This document shows positions 37,585-51,357 of a stretch of DNA of 64,000 nt, one piece after another. A program made the position numbers and the translations under genes. The notes beneath the pieces are model-generated. The model ran no database searches. It was not told where the DNA came from and worked only from the letters and a program-made list of their open reading frames with translations. Each line of letters starts with the position of its first letter. The stretch's first letter is position 1. The DNA comes from Felis catus (lineage: Eukaryota). The stretch is taken from assembly GCF_018350175.1 (NCBI RefSeq), contig NC_058371.1:112282001-112346000 (forward strand), read 5' to 3'.

Positions 37585-40500
37585 TAAAAAAGGATGAATT
37601 AGGGAAAAAATTGATCATAATTTCAAATTTCTGCAAAAAGCTAGCAAACCTGCTAATTGGTATAATCTTGTATCAGAATTGGGTAAGTGAATCAGCCAAA
37701 AGGCATTTTTTAAAGAGTAACAAAGGCCTGAGTGACTTTGATGAAATGTGAGACCTTCTGTAGTCACTTTCTTTGGGATCATCAAAGCTAAAAGCAGCAA
37801 AATTACTTAGACTTTTAAATACTTGGACTACTGTCACTTTTCATTATAAATTTGTCCCAAAAGAGTCATTTCCCTGACTTATAAATGTATATTATATTGA
37901 ACAATATGAGTTTTTGAAAGGTAAATAAAAATATTCCAGAAGATTTAAAAATACGTAATCCAGTCATCCATCTATGTATCACCATTAGCTTCTCTATTTT
38001 TACAAACAGTATCCACAGTTATTACTCAGAAATTCTGCAAAAGTACCACCAGTACTCTACACACTCTGCCTTTTCATTTCCTGAGTTCTTTAACTGAATT
38101 ATAGGAATTAAGGCATTATCATTTGACAAGGGTTGAATGTTTTTTGAAGGCTAAATGTTTTGGTTTTTTTTTCAGGCATACATATCTAGGAATTCATTTT
38201 TCACTTCCCTTTTAAGGGAATATTACTTACCTCCTTAAGTAATATTATTTTTATCTATTTAGTCCATTTATTAAGGATAAATGGGATATGAAGAATCAAA
38301 TTTAAAGTTGTCATTAAAAACCTTTTTTTTTAATTTATTTGAATTCATGAAAATTCTTCTACAGTGTGTGTGTGTGTGTTCCCTGCCATCTGGGCAAAAT
38401 TAGTGAATTCTTAAGCATTGTCAACTTGAGTCAATAGTATCATCAGTATCATCATTTTATAAGAATACCACAAGCTGATTACAGGTAATTGGTGGCATAA
38501 TTTTCATACTGGTTCCTCCAAACCCAAAGTGCATACAAACGTCCTTTTCTTTGACAACATGAATCTGCAGTAAGAATGAGTCTCCTCTTTCTGAAGAGTT
38601 TTCCTGAATTTCAAAAGTTTCCTAGATAAACCTAAGACGTGTGGTCAAAGCATCATCCACCAGACTTTAGAGTGAGCACCAAAATTCACTCTGCTCTTTT
38701 TCGCCATGTCCCCACCTCCTCTTTACCACTCCAAGGCACAGGAAGAATAAGTTTAATTATTTAATGAAGTTTAATTATTTAACTATTTCATTTAACAAAT
38801 TAAATTACCTCACTAAGAACCTGCTGTTACAGATTTAGGCACCCTGTCTGCCAAGACACCATCTACAGGTGAAAAGTTTTCAAATGAGGTTCTTTTCTGG
38901 TGTTTACACTCAGTAAATTTCCTTGGACAAGGTCCAAAATGGACTCACGTTACCCTGAATTCCTAGCAAGAGTAATTTAGTTAATTTTGTAGCAAGGATT
39001 CTATTTGCCAGCAAAATTCACAGTCAGTGAGTGGGTGGTCAGTATGTGTTCTTTCAAGTTAAAAATAAATTTTCATCAGGGAGAGTGTTTTGATTATGTT
39101 GCTTATCTATGACAGCTCTATAGATAAAAGATTCCTCTTCTGGGGCACCATTTGAATACTAAATGAACCCACTCAGGGACACTTTGGTAGTTATAAGTGT
39201 AATTAGTGATCCACATTTAAATTCAAGAATTATATAGACTTACTCCCAAAATTGTAGGGGGAACGTAAGCTAACATTTTCTTGGCTTTGGGAAACCTAAA
39301 AAATCCTTGCTTTTAGTGACTGCAATATTTTCAAACAGTCAAAAAGTATCAATTTCTCAATGCAGAATAATTCTAAGTGAAAATCCTTGATGCACTATAA
39401 AATAATTTTAAATATTTTTATTCACTTTAATGGCCCTAATTTATTCTTGAAAATTATCTTGGTAACCAGTAAAATGTTGCGTCATATGAAATTCATTACT
39501 GCCAAAATCTAGAATCTTCAAAATACAAAAGGAAAAATAAATCTGAATAATGAAGGCAGACCTTCAATTGCTTCCTCCCAATAAAAAATTCAGACTATGA
39601 GAAACCATGATATTTTAAATGTTGGGAGAGTTCCAGAGTTTTACAAAATTATGGAGAAGGGGGTGCTTTTATTAGTAGAGAGAAGGCTAGCTTTACTGTA
39701 ATAGAAATTTAGACCCAAATGTTAACATTTTTAGATATAATTGTTTGGCAAAGGGAGAATATATCATGCAAATCAGATATCTAGGGGCTTTTCTATTAGA
39801 ATTGATAGAGATTTTCTGTGGGCCAGGTGTGAGTTTTCAATTTATAATTCTTTGGGAGGAGAGACAGGATGAAAACAGCTTAGTTATGAAGCACACTTAG
39901 TATATAGACCATTACATTAGTGTATAGACCGTTCACTAATTGGCTAATGTCCATCAAGTTTAGCAAAATTCCTAGGTTGACATTTTCTGTATTATGGTGA
40001 TTATGAAACCCCTAAAATTGTCTTGTTGAAATGTAGAGACACAGTAAATTTTGCTTTGTTTAATATTTTACTTCTAAGTCTTGATAGGTGGTTTTTTCTA
40101 TAGTATTAAATACAATAGTAACAGAAGAATAGTATTTTAACAATATTAACTAATGTGCTTACTCCTCAGTAATTCTTTCTTAATCTGTGTCCCGTCCCTA
40201 TTCAAAGACTTTGAGTATCCATTGCCTCAGGGCAGGGTTGATATTTTGGAGAGAGGAACAAAAGACTCAAATCCTTGGCTTTGGAGTTTCAAAGACTGAG
40301 ATATCCAAGCATAGGACAAAAAGATCTGGAATGATAAGTACTTTCAGTCAGAACCAGTTTTTCCTACCCACCACCCCAGACTAGATGAAGTTTGTGCTGG
40401 GAATGGGAGAAGAGATGGATTCGGGAGCAAACAATGGTGTTTGAACTGCCCTGGGTATCTGAACAAGAGGAGGGTTGATAATGCTGGAGCCTCCAGATGG

Positions 40501-41149
40501 GGTTAGGGCACCTGAAAAGGGAGGGGTTTTGTGCGTGGAGGTCAGGGCCCCCTAGAGCCTCACAGAGACTTCCCAGTCTCCAGCCTGGCACAGAGGACAT
40601 TGGAATAAAGACAGCTGCACTGTGGAAAGGAGTCTGAGATAGCTGCAGAAAATTCCCCATGCTCCCCACCCAGAGAGGCTCAGGAGAGCCCAGCAATCTG
40701 TCCTGCTCAAGACGAGGTGTTCAAAAGTAGCTGAGAGAGTGAGAGCTGAGAGTATCTGAGAAGATGAAGACCATTCAGGTTTGAAAAGGGATCTGAGTAG
40801 ATCCACAACCGGAAACCTGATAAAATAGGGGTGTCTCAGCGGATGCCAGCAAGAAGAGATAACAACCTCCATGTGTTGGCACTGTTTAAGCCCCTAATAA
40901 GTAGGTTCAACCCTGGGGATGCAGGTGGAGATTTGAATGTGCTGAACTCTAGTGAAACAATCTGGCAACAGCATTGCAGATAAGACATTGTGACCCCGAA
41001 GTATTAACCCTATAGTGAAGATGAGGCAAGGATATTAACACCAAGGTTTGGATTGAGTTATTTCTGGTTCTAAAATCCAAGCCAACACACTTTACTAGAA
41101 TAATAATGAGTCATTTCCATATTATTCAATAAACAGTGTGTGACAACTG

Positions 41150-42215
41150 CCTCATCATTTTGAAAAGAAAATGACTCCTTATGTCAAAATAATTTCCAGA
41201 TGGATCAAAGATTTCCAATTACAAAACAAAACCATAAAAGTATTAAGAAAAAACATGGGGAAATATTTCTTTAATTTTGTAATTAAAGGCCTTCCTAAAG
41301 ATGACACAAAACTGAGAAACTGTTAAGGAAAATGACAAAAAGTATAAACAAAGTTAAAAGATCAATGGCAAAAAGAGAGGAAAAAAATGTGTACCATATT
41401 TCTATAGTCAAAGAGCTAATTTTCTGACTTACATAATGTTTGTACAAATTAGCAAGAAAAAAGACCAAAAAAAAAAAAAAAAAAGAAAGAAAGAAAGAAA
41501 AGAAAAATGAGCAATTAATGTAAGTAGGCAATTCACAGATACAGAAACAAAATGGCCAATAACATACAAAAAGATTCTCAATCTGACCCATAATTAAAGC
41601 CATGCAAATGACATATACATTTTCTTTTATCACACTGGCAAAATTTGTAAAAGTTTAATAGTATCCACTGATAATGCAAAAATGAAGAGACAGGTTATAA
41701 GGAATCTCAACAATGTTGATGGGAATTTTCATTGGTAAAAATTTTTTTAGGACAATTTAGTAATGATCAAAATCAACAACGAATAAACATACTTGAACTC
41801 AGTAGAATGGGCTTTACTAAAAACTAAAGTTCCCACTGATAATGAAAATGTTCTTTACAGAATATATAGAGTAAAAATAAGCAGGAATATAATCCAAAGG
41901 CCTATTAATAAGATTGTGGTAAAATAGAAAATAGAAAATTATATCCTCAAAAAATAAGGTATTATGGAGTCACTAACAAAGTTCCTATGGTCTCAAACAG
42001 ACAGTCTCTAAGCCATTTGATTAAATGAAAAAGTAAAGTGTATATCATTGTTTGTAATACAATCTCATTTATGAGGATGTTGAAATAAATATGTACACAT
42101 ATATTTATACACATATATATGCACATTTATAATATCTGTGCTAATACATGCAATTATATGTTTCTAAAAATATAGAAAAAGGTAAATGGCTACCATTGAA
42201 GAAATTACTGGGACA
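41150..42215 (+). mobile_element. Old L1 (L1MD/ME-like) fragment
   Basis: AAAATAATTTCCAGATGGATCAAAGATTT...GGCAATTCACAGA...AAATGGCCAATAAC. Confidence 0.75.
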
Positions 42216-42426
42216 GAGGTGCCTGGGTGGCTCAGTCAGTTAAGCATCCAACTTTGGCTCAGGTCATGATCTAATGGTTCCGGAGTTCGAGCCCTGCACC
42301 GGGCTCTCTGCTGTCAGCACAGAGTCCTCTTTGGATCCTCTGTCCCCCTCTCTCTCTGCCCCTCCCCTGCTTGCATGTGCTCTCTCTCTCTCTCTCTCAA
42401 AAATAAACATTAAAAAAAAAAAGAAA
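42216..42426 (+). mobile_element. CanSINE
   Basis: TSD AAGAAATTACTGGGACAGA / AAGAAATCACTGGGGACAGA. Confidence 0.95.
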
Positions 42427-42532
42427 AAGAAATCACTGGGGACAGAAGTGATGACCTGAAAAAGGAAGGATAAGTATTAGTTCTTGTAACTTCCTGCACT
42501 TTTTGTTATGCACATTACTTTCATTTTCATTT

Positions 42533-42750
42533 TTCTTTTTTTTAGTTTTTTTTTTAAATATTCATCTATTTCAGAGAGAGAGAGAGACAGAGCACAAGTG
42601 GGAGAGGGGCAGAAAGGGAGACAGAATCAGAAGCAGGCTCCAGGCTCCCAGCTGTCAGCATAGAACCCAACCTGGACTCGAACTCACAAACCACAAGATC
42701 ATGACCTGAGCCGAAGTCAGACACTTAACCAACTGAGCCACCTAGGCGCT
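42533..42750 (-). mobile_element. CanSINE
   Basis: Head, CT tract and tail on the minus strand. Confidence 0.93.
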
Positions 42751-43547
42751 GCTATTTTCGTTTTTTCTAAAAGTTAACCTTTTCTTTTGAAAAATCAAAG
42801 ACACTGAAGTTATGCTTTCCTTGGTTTAAAATTTAAAACCACACTTCCGTAAGTAAGATGTGCCTCTAGAGACCCAGACAGCCACAGCTGCCAACAAGGA
42901 GAAAATTTTGTCAGGCTTAGCATATTTCTAAGTTACTGGTTTTGTTATTACAAATACCTGATTTCATTTCCACATCCCAGGTGACTTCCATAAACCCTAA
43001 CTCAAACCAACTCAAAACCTACAGAAAAGCCCATGGTCTAGAGGTGTTCACCACTTATGTCTAGTCTCTAATGAAGCCAATCAGCAAAAAAGCGCCAACA
43101 TACATTTCTAAGCCCCATTTCCTAGTGTATTGGCAAAGGCATATGGAGAATCCAGACAGTGGAAGACAGGACGCCTGCTTTTAGGCAGGCAAATTTACCT
43201 CACCTGTAATCTTCCTTAAAGTGGGAAGGCCAAATCCCACCTCCCTTCATTCACAGCTCTGATTCCACTTTCCCAGAGACTATTCCCTCACTGTCTTTGT
43301 AAGCGCACCGCCCATCCGCACCCTCCTCCTCATTCCCAACCTTAGTTGCCTATCGATTTCCTTCTTGACTTTTCTGATGAATTGCTGTATTTTTATTTAT
43401 CTGTGAAATTGTTGTTGTCTGTCTTCCTCATTGGAATATATCCTCCAAGAGAGCAGAGCCAAGGCTGGCTTCTCTAATGCCCACCTAGTATAATCTTGCC
43501 ATCTAAGGAATATTCAATTAATGTTTGCTGTATAAATAAAAAATGTG

Positions 43548-43549
<2 letters not shown>

Positions 43550-43583
<34 letters not shown>

Positions 43584-43596
43584 CAGAGAGAGAGAG
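43550..43596. repeat. (GT)n(AG)n microsatellite
   Basis: Direct inspection. Confidence 0.95.
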
Positions 43597-43609
43597 TATA
43601 ATATGAACA

Positions 43610-43780
43610 ACAGCTAGTTTATTGAGTGCATACACTGTGCAATATTCTAAGTATAGATTATATTCATGCCATAGTCAAACCTACTATATCATTAAACCCA
43701 TTATTATCCCTATTTTACAGATAAGGAAACTGAGATATAAAAAAGATTAAGTAACCTGACTGAAGTCACACTCAGCTAAT
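43610..43780 (-). mobile_element. MIR
   Basis: TTATTATCCCTATTTTACAGATAAGGAAACTGAGA core. Confidence 0.85.
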
Positions 43781-44508
43781 AAGGAAAAGTATAGAAAGTG
43801 TAATATATATAATACGTAGTATATATTATGTATATCAGAAATACATATTCACATTTGCATGTAAAGTACACAACAGAGATTTCATTTTTAAATTTTAGCT
43901 TCAAAATGAAATGGGGACTCTACCTTCAAGGAACCAGTGAGAAAACATCACCAGATCAAAACACTCAATTCTATTTCCTCTTTGACATGGAAGAGGAAGC
44001 ACATTTCTTGTGAATAATGAGGACTTCCTTTTGCTTCCATCCTTTCTTTGGAAAAGTACACCAACTCTCGTCCAGAAACTCTGCAAGTAGCTTCTGAGGG
44101 TCCACTCCGTGCACACTTTGTACGACTACAGAGGACTCCAGTGAAGTCACAGCGGCCAATGACCCATTCTATTGTATGCAGAATATAACTGTTGCTTCAC
44201 TATTTATACCTGGCATGTAGTTACGTAGTGTCATCATTATCATAGGCAGAAGCAACAAAACTAATCCAGAAGCATACTGTCGGGTATTTTGAAAGACAAC
44301 ATAAAAACAGACTCCCTTTACTTTATGGATTTCACAATAAAAGAAGAGAGTGGGGATAACACAAACGTGTAGGACATTCTCTAGGAACGCTCAGTGAGAA
44401 TGGATTGCAACAAAAGGATTAACGCAAAAGAAAGAGTAATTCATCTTGGCAAAAACATCCTACAATTCATTGCTGAATTCTTGTTTCTAAAGTATGTCTT
44501 TTATTTTC

Positions 44509-44735
44509 TTTTTTTTTTTTTAATTTTTTTTTCAACATTTATTTATTTTTGGGACAGAGAGAGACAGAGCGTGAACAGGGGAGGGGCAGAGAGAGAGGGA
44601 GACACAGAATCAGAAACAGGCTCCAGGCTCTGAGCCATCAGCCCAGAGCCCGACGCGGGGCTCGAACTCACGGACCGCGAGATCGTGACCTGGCTGAAGT
44701 TGGACGCTTAACCGACTGCGCCACCCAGGCGCCCC
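44509..44735 (-). mobile_element. CanSINE, young SINEC_Fc type
   Basis: TSD TGTCTTTTATTTTC (44495-44508/44736-44749). Confidence 0.97.
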
Positions 44736-45074
44736 TGTCTTTTATTTTCAATACACATGGGTGAGAGCTCTGTAAATTGATATGCAGCCTAAAACAGACA
44801 CACTATAACAGTTATATATGTATTTCTTTCTCTTACTCAGTGGCTTCATTCCCATCAGCCAGGAAAATCATTCTAGCAACCCTCATTTCTAAAAACAGTT
44901 ACTAATAGGACTCTGAAATTAGCTCTCCATTAAAATTATGATTTTAATTTTGATTATGATTATGGATTTGAAACAGTCAAAGAAACAAACTTCAAGCAGG
45001 CAAGTGAACTACTGTTAAAGGCTTTTAACATTAATGAATAGAACGTAATTACTGATCAATCAAAGACTTTAAAC

Positions 45075-45212
45075 CAATGGTTTTCAACTCGTGACAACTT
45101 TGCCCACAAGGGACGTTTGACAGTATCTGGAACCACTTTTGATGATGGTGACCTAGGAGTGGGGGAGCAAGGGATGTTATTGACACCTGGTAGGTAGAGA
45201 CTAAAGACATAG
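45075..45212. mobile_element. MER20 fragment
   Basis: CAATGGTTTTCAAC...TTTGCCCACAAGGGACGTTTGACAGTATCTGGA. Confidence 0.7.
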
Positions 45213-45357
45213 CAAGCAGATAGTTGAATATTCATGTGTAAAGCTAAGGGTAGAAGTCAGCAGCGGAAATGTAAATTTAGGGGTCATTAGTTTAGAATTA
45301 AATTTATGGGACTGAAAGAGATTACCTCAGAAGTAAGTGCATATAAGGAAGAGAAAA

Positions 45358-45850
45358 TGTTACATAAGCTTTGCAAAAGATTATATTTTCCAAAAACGGC
45401 CCTAACAGTATTTCCCAGACCACTTAGTCACATACGATGTGACTCTTTAAGAAGTGGAATCTGGGGTCCTTCACCTTGAATCTGGGGAGGATTGTGGCTC
45501 ACAACCAAATGAATGTAGTGCAAGTGACACCACATGACTTTCAAGACGAAGTCAGAAAAGGAAATGTGGCTTTCCCAAATGTTATTTGGGAAATTTGCAC
45601 TTGAAGCCATGGGTAACGATGTAAGAAATTCAGCTCCCCAGGAGGTGCCATGCTTGAGGTGCTGAGTAACATGGAGGGGCCATGTGTAAGCTCTCCACCT
45701 GGCAATCCCAATTTTTATTGCCTGGTGATATGCGGGAATCTGAGCACCGCAGCCAAGGGGCCAAGGAAAAGATGGGTCCAGTGTGTTGGCCCTTCTGCAT
45801 CCAGCTCTCTGCACCCTACTTAGTGACCAGCCTCAGCATCTGGGAGGAAA
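45358..45850 (+). mobile_element. MaLR LTR (MLT1E/F-like)
   Basis: AAGAAGTGGAATCTGGGGTCCTTCACCTTGAATCTGGG...GAATGTAGTGCAAGTGACAC. Confidence 0.65.
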
Positions 45851-45919
45851 CCAAAAAAAATATACTTTCCTTCTAATTATTCAGGTAGGGTAAAAATACA
45901 TTTTTAAATGATTATAGTT

Positions 45920-45954
45920 ATTGCTTCTCGGCCTTTTGGCTAAGATCAAGTGTA
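45920..45954 (+). pseudogene. RNU2: U2 snRNA tailless retropseudogene (nt 1-35)
   Basis: ATTGCTTCTCGGCCTTTTGGCTAAGATCAAGTGTA equals U2 nt 1-35 with one CpG transition; perfect TSD AAATGATTATAGTT (45906-45919/45955-45968). Confidence 0.96.
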
Positions 45955-46096
45955 AAATGATTATAGTTATCATCCGTGATCCTAGTTTTTCTTCTGTTTG
46001 CTTAGTGACAATAGGAGTTCACTGGTAGGACCGACGGTGCACCTCTGAGTATGTCACTGACCTGTCTTCCTGTCTGCCCACAATGATTTCCACTCT

Positions 46097-46099
<3 letters not shown>

Positions 46100-46145
<46 letters not shown>
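46100..46145. repeat. (AC)n microsatellite
   Basis: Direct inspection. Confidence 0.95.
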
Positions 46146-46147
<2 letters not shown>

Positions 46148-46580
46148 TTATCCTGACACATCTATGAAGAAAATGGATTCATTGTCAATGCTATAATTTT
46201 CTGTCACCTATCTGTCTCCTTCATTACCTACATTTAAATTGTCAAGTCCCAGCTGTAAAAACAAGTTTCTCTGTTTACATACATTTCTGTATCACCGAGG
46301 GCTAATATCAACTATCAGAATACGCTCAGGAAATCTCGAAATCTTTAATATTGGTTCAGATTATTTCATGTTTGCAATTATTATAAACATATCCGTCTAC
46401 AAGGCTACTAAGATGGGATAAGAACTAAATTTAATGGGCCAGGAAGAAAATGCTTGTTTATCTCACTTCTGTTCTGCCATATGTAATGCTAATCATGAAA
46501 GTCCTGCCAAAAAAAAATCAAAGGAGTACCATGAGAAACATGTGCCACCCTTATGAAGCAGCATTGTAGAGTTTCATATT

Positions 46581-46775
46581 ATTAAATTTTTTTAATGTTT
46601 ATTTATTTTTGAGAGAGAGAGAGTGAGAGGGGGCAAAGAGAGAGGGAGACAGAGGTTCTGAAGTGGGCCCTGCGATGACAGTAGCGAGCCTGATGCAGGG
46701 CTGAACTCACAAACTGTGAGATCATGATCTGAGCTGAAGTCAGATGCTTAACCAACGGAGGCACCCAGGCGCCCC
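46581..46775 (-). mobile_element. CanSINE
   Basis: TSD core TTTCATATT. Confidence 0.94.
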
Positions 46776-47964
46776 TGAAATTTCATATTGTATGTTACTC
46801 TGTTGGCTAAATTCTTAGATTTGGAATAATCAGTTATGAACTATTCCTGTATAATAGAAGGTAACTAATCTAATAGAAAGTCTACAAAACTATTTATGTC
46901 ATTTGTAAAATTACTGAGTATCCAATGGTGTGACCATAGTGACGTGTTTATAAACGAGCATTTAGAAAAAGCTAAGTACTCATAGGAAGAAATTATTTCA
47001 AAAGTAATTATGAGTCCCAAGCTATTGTTTCGACTTCCCCTATAAAATCAATTTAATAGTGGCCATTGCCGATCTTACATTTTCATTTCCAGATGCATGA
47101 ATGGAGATGGTGGCAGTTTCAGAAAAATTACATTGAATGAAAAAAAAGCAATAAATTTTCACTAAAGAGTAAAACCAAAATTCAAGCAAAATGGAAGACT
47201 GGTCAATAGGAAAAAAAAAATCCCAACTTGCTGTTTCTCTAGCATATGAAAATTTCTGAGAGTTTTAGTAAAAGTCTGATTTTGCATTTGTAAAGTGGGT
47301 AGCACACTTTATGGGTGAAATTGCTAAAGTCCCACCAGCTGCCCAGTCAATCCCCATACCTCCCCCCCCTCCCCAAAATAATTCCTATCACTCTTCAGCG
47401 TGTTTACACAATATGAGAGATAAAGTAAATAGTAGGAAAGGTCATAAGAAAGTAAAAGTTTAATTCCACCACCCCTCATTTGCTTTCCACCTCTTCTAAA
47501 AGTAATTCCTTCCAAGGTATTGTTGGGAATAAATGAGATCTGAACAAGAACATTAACTTATGTTTCCTAATCACGTCAAAGGAAATGTGTTCTCTGGGTG
47601 TGGTTACACACATGCATTAACGTGACCAACAAATAATAATCCAAATTTAAAATTTTTTCAGAGTACAATCTAATCATGCATGAACATTTAATTTCACACA
47701 CACAGTCTTAACAGAAGTACAATTTGATTTTATTGTTCTATTTTTTTATGCATAACATCAAAATATCAGTTATTTGGTCCTTCACGATAACTTCCGACAT
47801 ACAAAAAGAAATTTGGAGAATTTGGAGGGAAGTAGCTTTTCTCTTGAATTATTAAAATAATTGCTATCATTTCTCAATGATCCAATTAATACCAATGAAA
47901 AAAATCTTCATTTATTGTTGCTCCATCACAACATATCAGCATTTATTTTTTAAGACATGGCCTT

Positions 47965-48209
47965 GGGGCGCCTGGGTGGCGCAGTCGGTTAAGCGTCCGA
48001 CTTCAGCCAGGTCACGATCTCGCGGTCCGTGGGTTCGAGCCCCGCATCGGGCTCTGGGCTGATGGCTCAGAGCCTGGAGCCTGCTTCCGAGTCTGTGTCT
48101 CCCTCTCTCTCTGCCCCTCCCCCGTTCATGCTCTGTCTCTCTCTGCCTCAAAAATAAATAAACGTTAAAAAAAAAAAAAAAAAAAATTAAAAAAAAAAAA
48201 AAAAAAAAA
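47965..48209 (+). mobile_element. CanSINE, young SINEC_Fc type with a long A tail
   Basis: TSD AAGACATGGCCT. Confidence 0.97.
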
Positions 48210-48974
48210 AAGACATGGCCTCAGCTACCAAGTGGAAATTATAACTTTCAGAATCTGGAAGTTTTTATCTTTGTAAAATATATGGCTTATTTTATTACCA
48301 GTATTATTTTATTATCACTATTTTATATTTTATTAGTAGTATTATTATTTATTAGAAATACTTTGTAATATCTACTTACACAGGTGTTTCAGAGTATTAA
48401 AACAGCATATATATTTTTTATCTCATTTGATAGTGGAAACCCACTCACATTAGGTAAAATAGGTATTATCCTCACTTGACAGGTTATGAAATTGAGCCAG
48501 AGGTGAAGGATCTTCCCCAAGAGCGTGTAACCAGCTTTGGATAACTCACCATCGGAACCAGCTATCCTGAAACCAGTCCATACCCTTGCACTGACCTCCA
48601 GATATTGTCACTCTGTTGGGACAGAGGTTAGTTCTTCATTTTAATTAGTTTAGCAATTTGTCATAGTTTAACAAATGCAAATAATTTAAAATCACAGAAA
48701 ATTAAGTCAACAGACTTCTGAGAATTTTGAGAAACTCATAACAGAGAGTAGTTTCCTATACCAGAAACTGCTGCAGAATGAGCATACAGTGACCAGAAAG
48801 AGAAAAGGAACCTACGAGTTTTGTTTTCACATAGTCTTCAAGTTCCATTTTACAGAAACTTGTACTCAATAATAATTTTATTTAACATCTAGATTGACTG
48901 CAGTGAAAACTTGTTCCCATTTTTCAAAGGAAGGAGCTCTTGGAACACTTAGGGGAAAGCAACAGATAGCATCT

Positions 48975-49207
48975 CTCATGACTTTATCAAGGCTTTCGCT
49001 TCAGGTCTGCATGATAAAGTCATCAATGAACTGGAAACACGGTCTGGGTCACACAGATGATCGAGAGCTGCACAGTTAATGAGTGGTTATCATTGGCTCA
49101 GTGTCAACGGGGTGGGAAATGAATAGAAAATCCCAAATGTAAATTTGTTTAACATTTGCCATCGGTGACCTAGAGAAATGGAGAGCTTATTTAAGTTTGC
49201 AGCTGGA
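48975..49207 (+). mobile_element. CR1/L3 LINE reverse-transcriptase relic
   Basis: Degenerate RT motifs in the expected order: DFIKAF (cf. DFSKAFD), VIIGSVS, LFNI..DL, KFA (cf. KFADD). Confidence 0.65.
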
Positions 49208-49426
49208 TAAGATAGATGTTCTTTCTGGCAGTAAAAATTTCAAAAATGAAGAGAAGGAGTACAATAGAATCAGGATTCCCCATATCTTTGATTAATCGGA
49301 AAAAAGTAGTCAGGGAAATAAGATCAATAGACCTAAGAGCAGTAAAGTATCTGAGAATTACTGGCAATTGCTTGACCTTTTGATGTCTGCTTCTGTAACC
49401 CAAGTTCACAGTAGGTACACACATCC

Positions 49427-49428
<2 letters not shown>

Positions 49429-49472
<44 letters not shown>
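49429..49472. repeat. (AC)n microsatellite
   Basis: Direct inspection. Confidence 0.95.
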
Positions 49473-49473
<1 letters not shown>

Positions 49474-50039
49474 GGTATACTAAAGCAAAATGGAATTCAG
49501 ATGGGAAAAATTGTGGCGATATCTAGCATTTTATAATTTTCTTTCTTTAGTAAGACTCAGAAACTTCTAATTAGGGAATGCTTTTCCATAAGTAGTGTTG
49601 TTGTTGTATGTGTGTTTACCAATTCAGTGAAGCTTGTATACTTTATGACATGGTACAGCCCCTGGGTAAAACAAAAGGATGAGAGGTGGGAGAGCACATT
49701 GTCATTTTTTCTTTAGAAAATAGATTTAAAACATTAAGTCATCAGGCCAAGATTATGCAAGGAATAAGGTACACAGTAATGTGTTTAAAATAAAATGTAA
49801 AAGTTGTTTAATGTAGTGTTTATGCTTCTCAAACGGACAGTTCTGCCTTCCCTATTCAGCCTTATTCTAGGATAGATCTTTGGAAACAATACAAAATGTT
49901 TGAAAATGACAAATCTCAATCCATGAAACAGAATAGATGATAGAGAACACTAATCACATAATACTGAAAACTTTTCTATCTAGATCTGCAAATGCTAAAA
50001 TGAAGAATATTTCATTATTTACGGTCCAAAGTTTCTTTT

Positions 50040-50257
50040 TTTTTTAATTTTTTTTTAACGTTTATTTATTTTTGAGACAGAGAGAGACAAAGCATGAACG
50101 GGGGAGGGTCAGAGAGAGGGAGACACAGAATCTGAAACAGGCTCCAGGCTCTGAGCTGTCAGCACAGGGCCCGAGGCGGGGTTCAAAGTCACGGACCGCG
50201 AGATCATGACCTGGGCCGAAGTCGGCCGCTTAACCGACTGAGCCACCCAGCCGCCCC
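50040..50257 (-). mobile_element. CanSINE (SINEC_Fc2-like)
   Basis: TSD AAAGTTTCTTTT. Confidence 0.96.
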
Positions 50258-50750
50258 AAAAGTTTCTTTTCCTAAAAGTTGTCACAAGAATTTTTGGTGA
50301 AATATTCACATAAATTTTATTTAGTGTAAATTGAGACCATGGTGATATCCTGCAGGTCAGATAGAAAGGGCAAACAATAACTTCTTTTATTTAAAAAAAT
50401 CAATTTCTGCTCATAGGTGGATTTTGCTATTTGAAGAGGGAGGGCAAAATGACAATTTTTTTTTATCTCTGTATCTGTCATGAACTAGGAGAAATGCAAC
50501 TTTTCTGTAAAACAACACTTTTTTTGCTCTCTCATCTAGTACCAAGACAGACACTGTAAAATGTGCCAGTTTTAAGAAAATAGCCTAGAATCGATTCAGT
50601 CATTTTATTTGATAACTTGAAAAGTTTATATCTGTACACTGTTTCCATGAACTAGACTACTTAAAAATTCACCCACTTAGTTTGGAGGTACCATATATAA
50701 TATGTGATGAAACATTTCTTTGTCTTTGACCTTTGAAATACCCTCGTTTT

Positions 50751-51007
50751 ACTTTATTTTTAAATGCTTATTTATTTATGCATTTATTTATTTATATATG
50801 CATTTATGCATTTATGCATTTCTGTATTTATTTAGAGAGAGCACGCACAGGGTAGGGGCAGAGAGAGAGGAGGGAAAGAATCCCAAGCAGACTCTGCACT
50901 GCCAGCACAGAGCCTGATGAGGGGCTCAATCTCAAGCAGAGTGATATCATGACCTGAGCTAAAACCAAGAGTTGGATGCGTTACTGACTGAGCCACCCAG
51001 GTGCCTC
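50751..51007 (-). mobile_element. CanSINE (SINEC_Fc3-like) with a (TTTATGCA)-type expanded tail
   Basis: TSD-like TGAAATAC(C/T)CT. Confidence 0.93.
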
Positions 51008-51139
51008 TGAAATACTCTTATTTTAAAGCAGACCTTATATAATGCTCTGTGCATGTATGTTTGTGCATGTGTGTGGAGATCTGTATATAACATACATACA
51101 TACTTCATGTTATAGAGATCTCTATATATCATATGTTTT

Positions 51140-51357
51140 TTTTTAATTTTTTTTCAACGTTTATTTATTTTTGGGACAGAGAGAGACAGAGCACGAAGGG
51201 GGGAGGGGCAGAGAGAGAGGGAGACACAGAATCAGAAACAGGCTCCAGGCTCTGAGCCATCAGCCCAGAGCCTGACACAGGGCTCAAACTCACGGACCGC
51301 GAGATCGTGACCTGGCTGAAGTCGGACGCTTAACCGACTGCGCCACCCAGGCGCCCC
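51140..51357 (-). mobile_element. CanSINE, young SINEC_Fc type
   Basis: TSD TATCATATGTTTT (51127-51139/51358-51370). Confidence 0.97.

Noticed and set aside
36505-39935. Short tandem duplications (TAGCTTTATCAA x2, AAGTTTAATTATTTAA x2, TTAGT(A/G)TATAGACC x2)
   Set aside because: These are ordinary replication-slippage duplications with no further structure.
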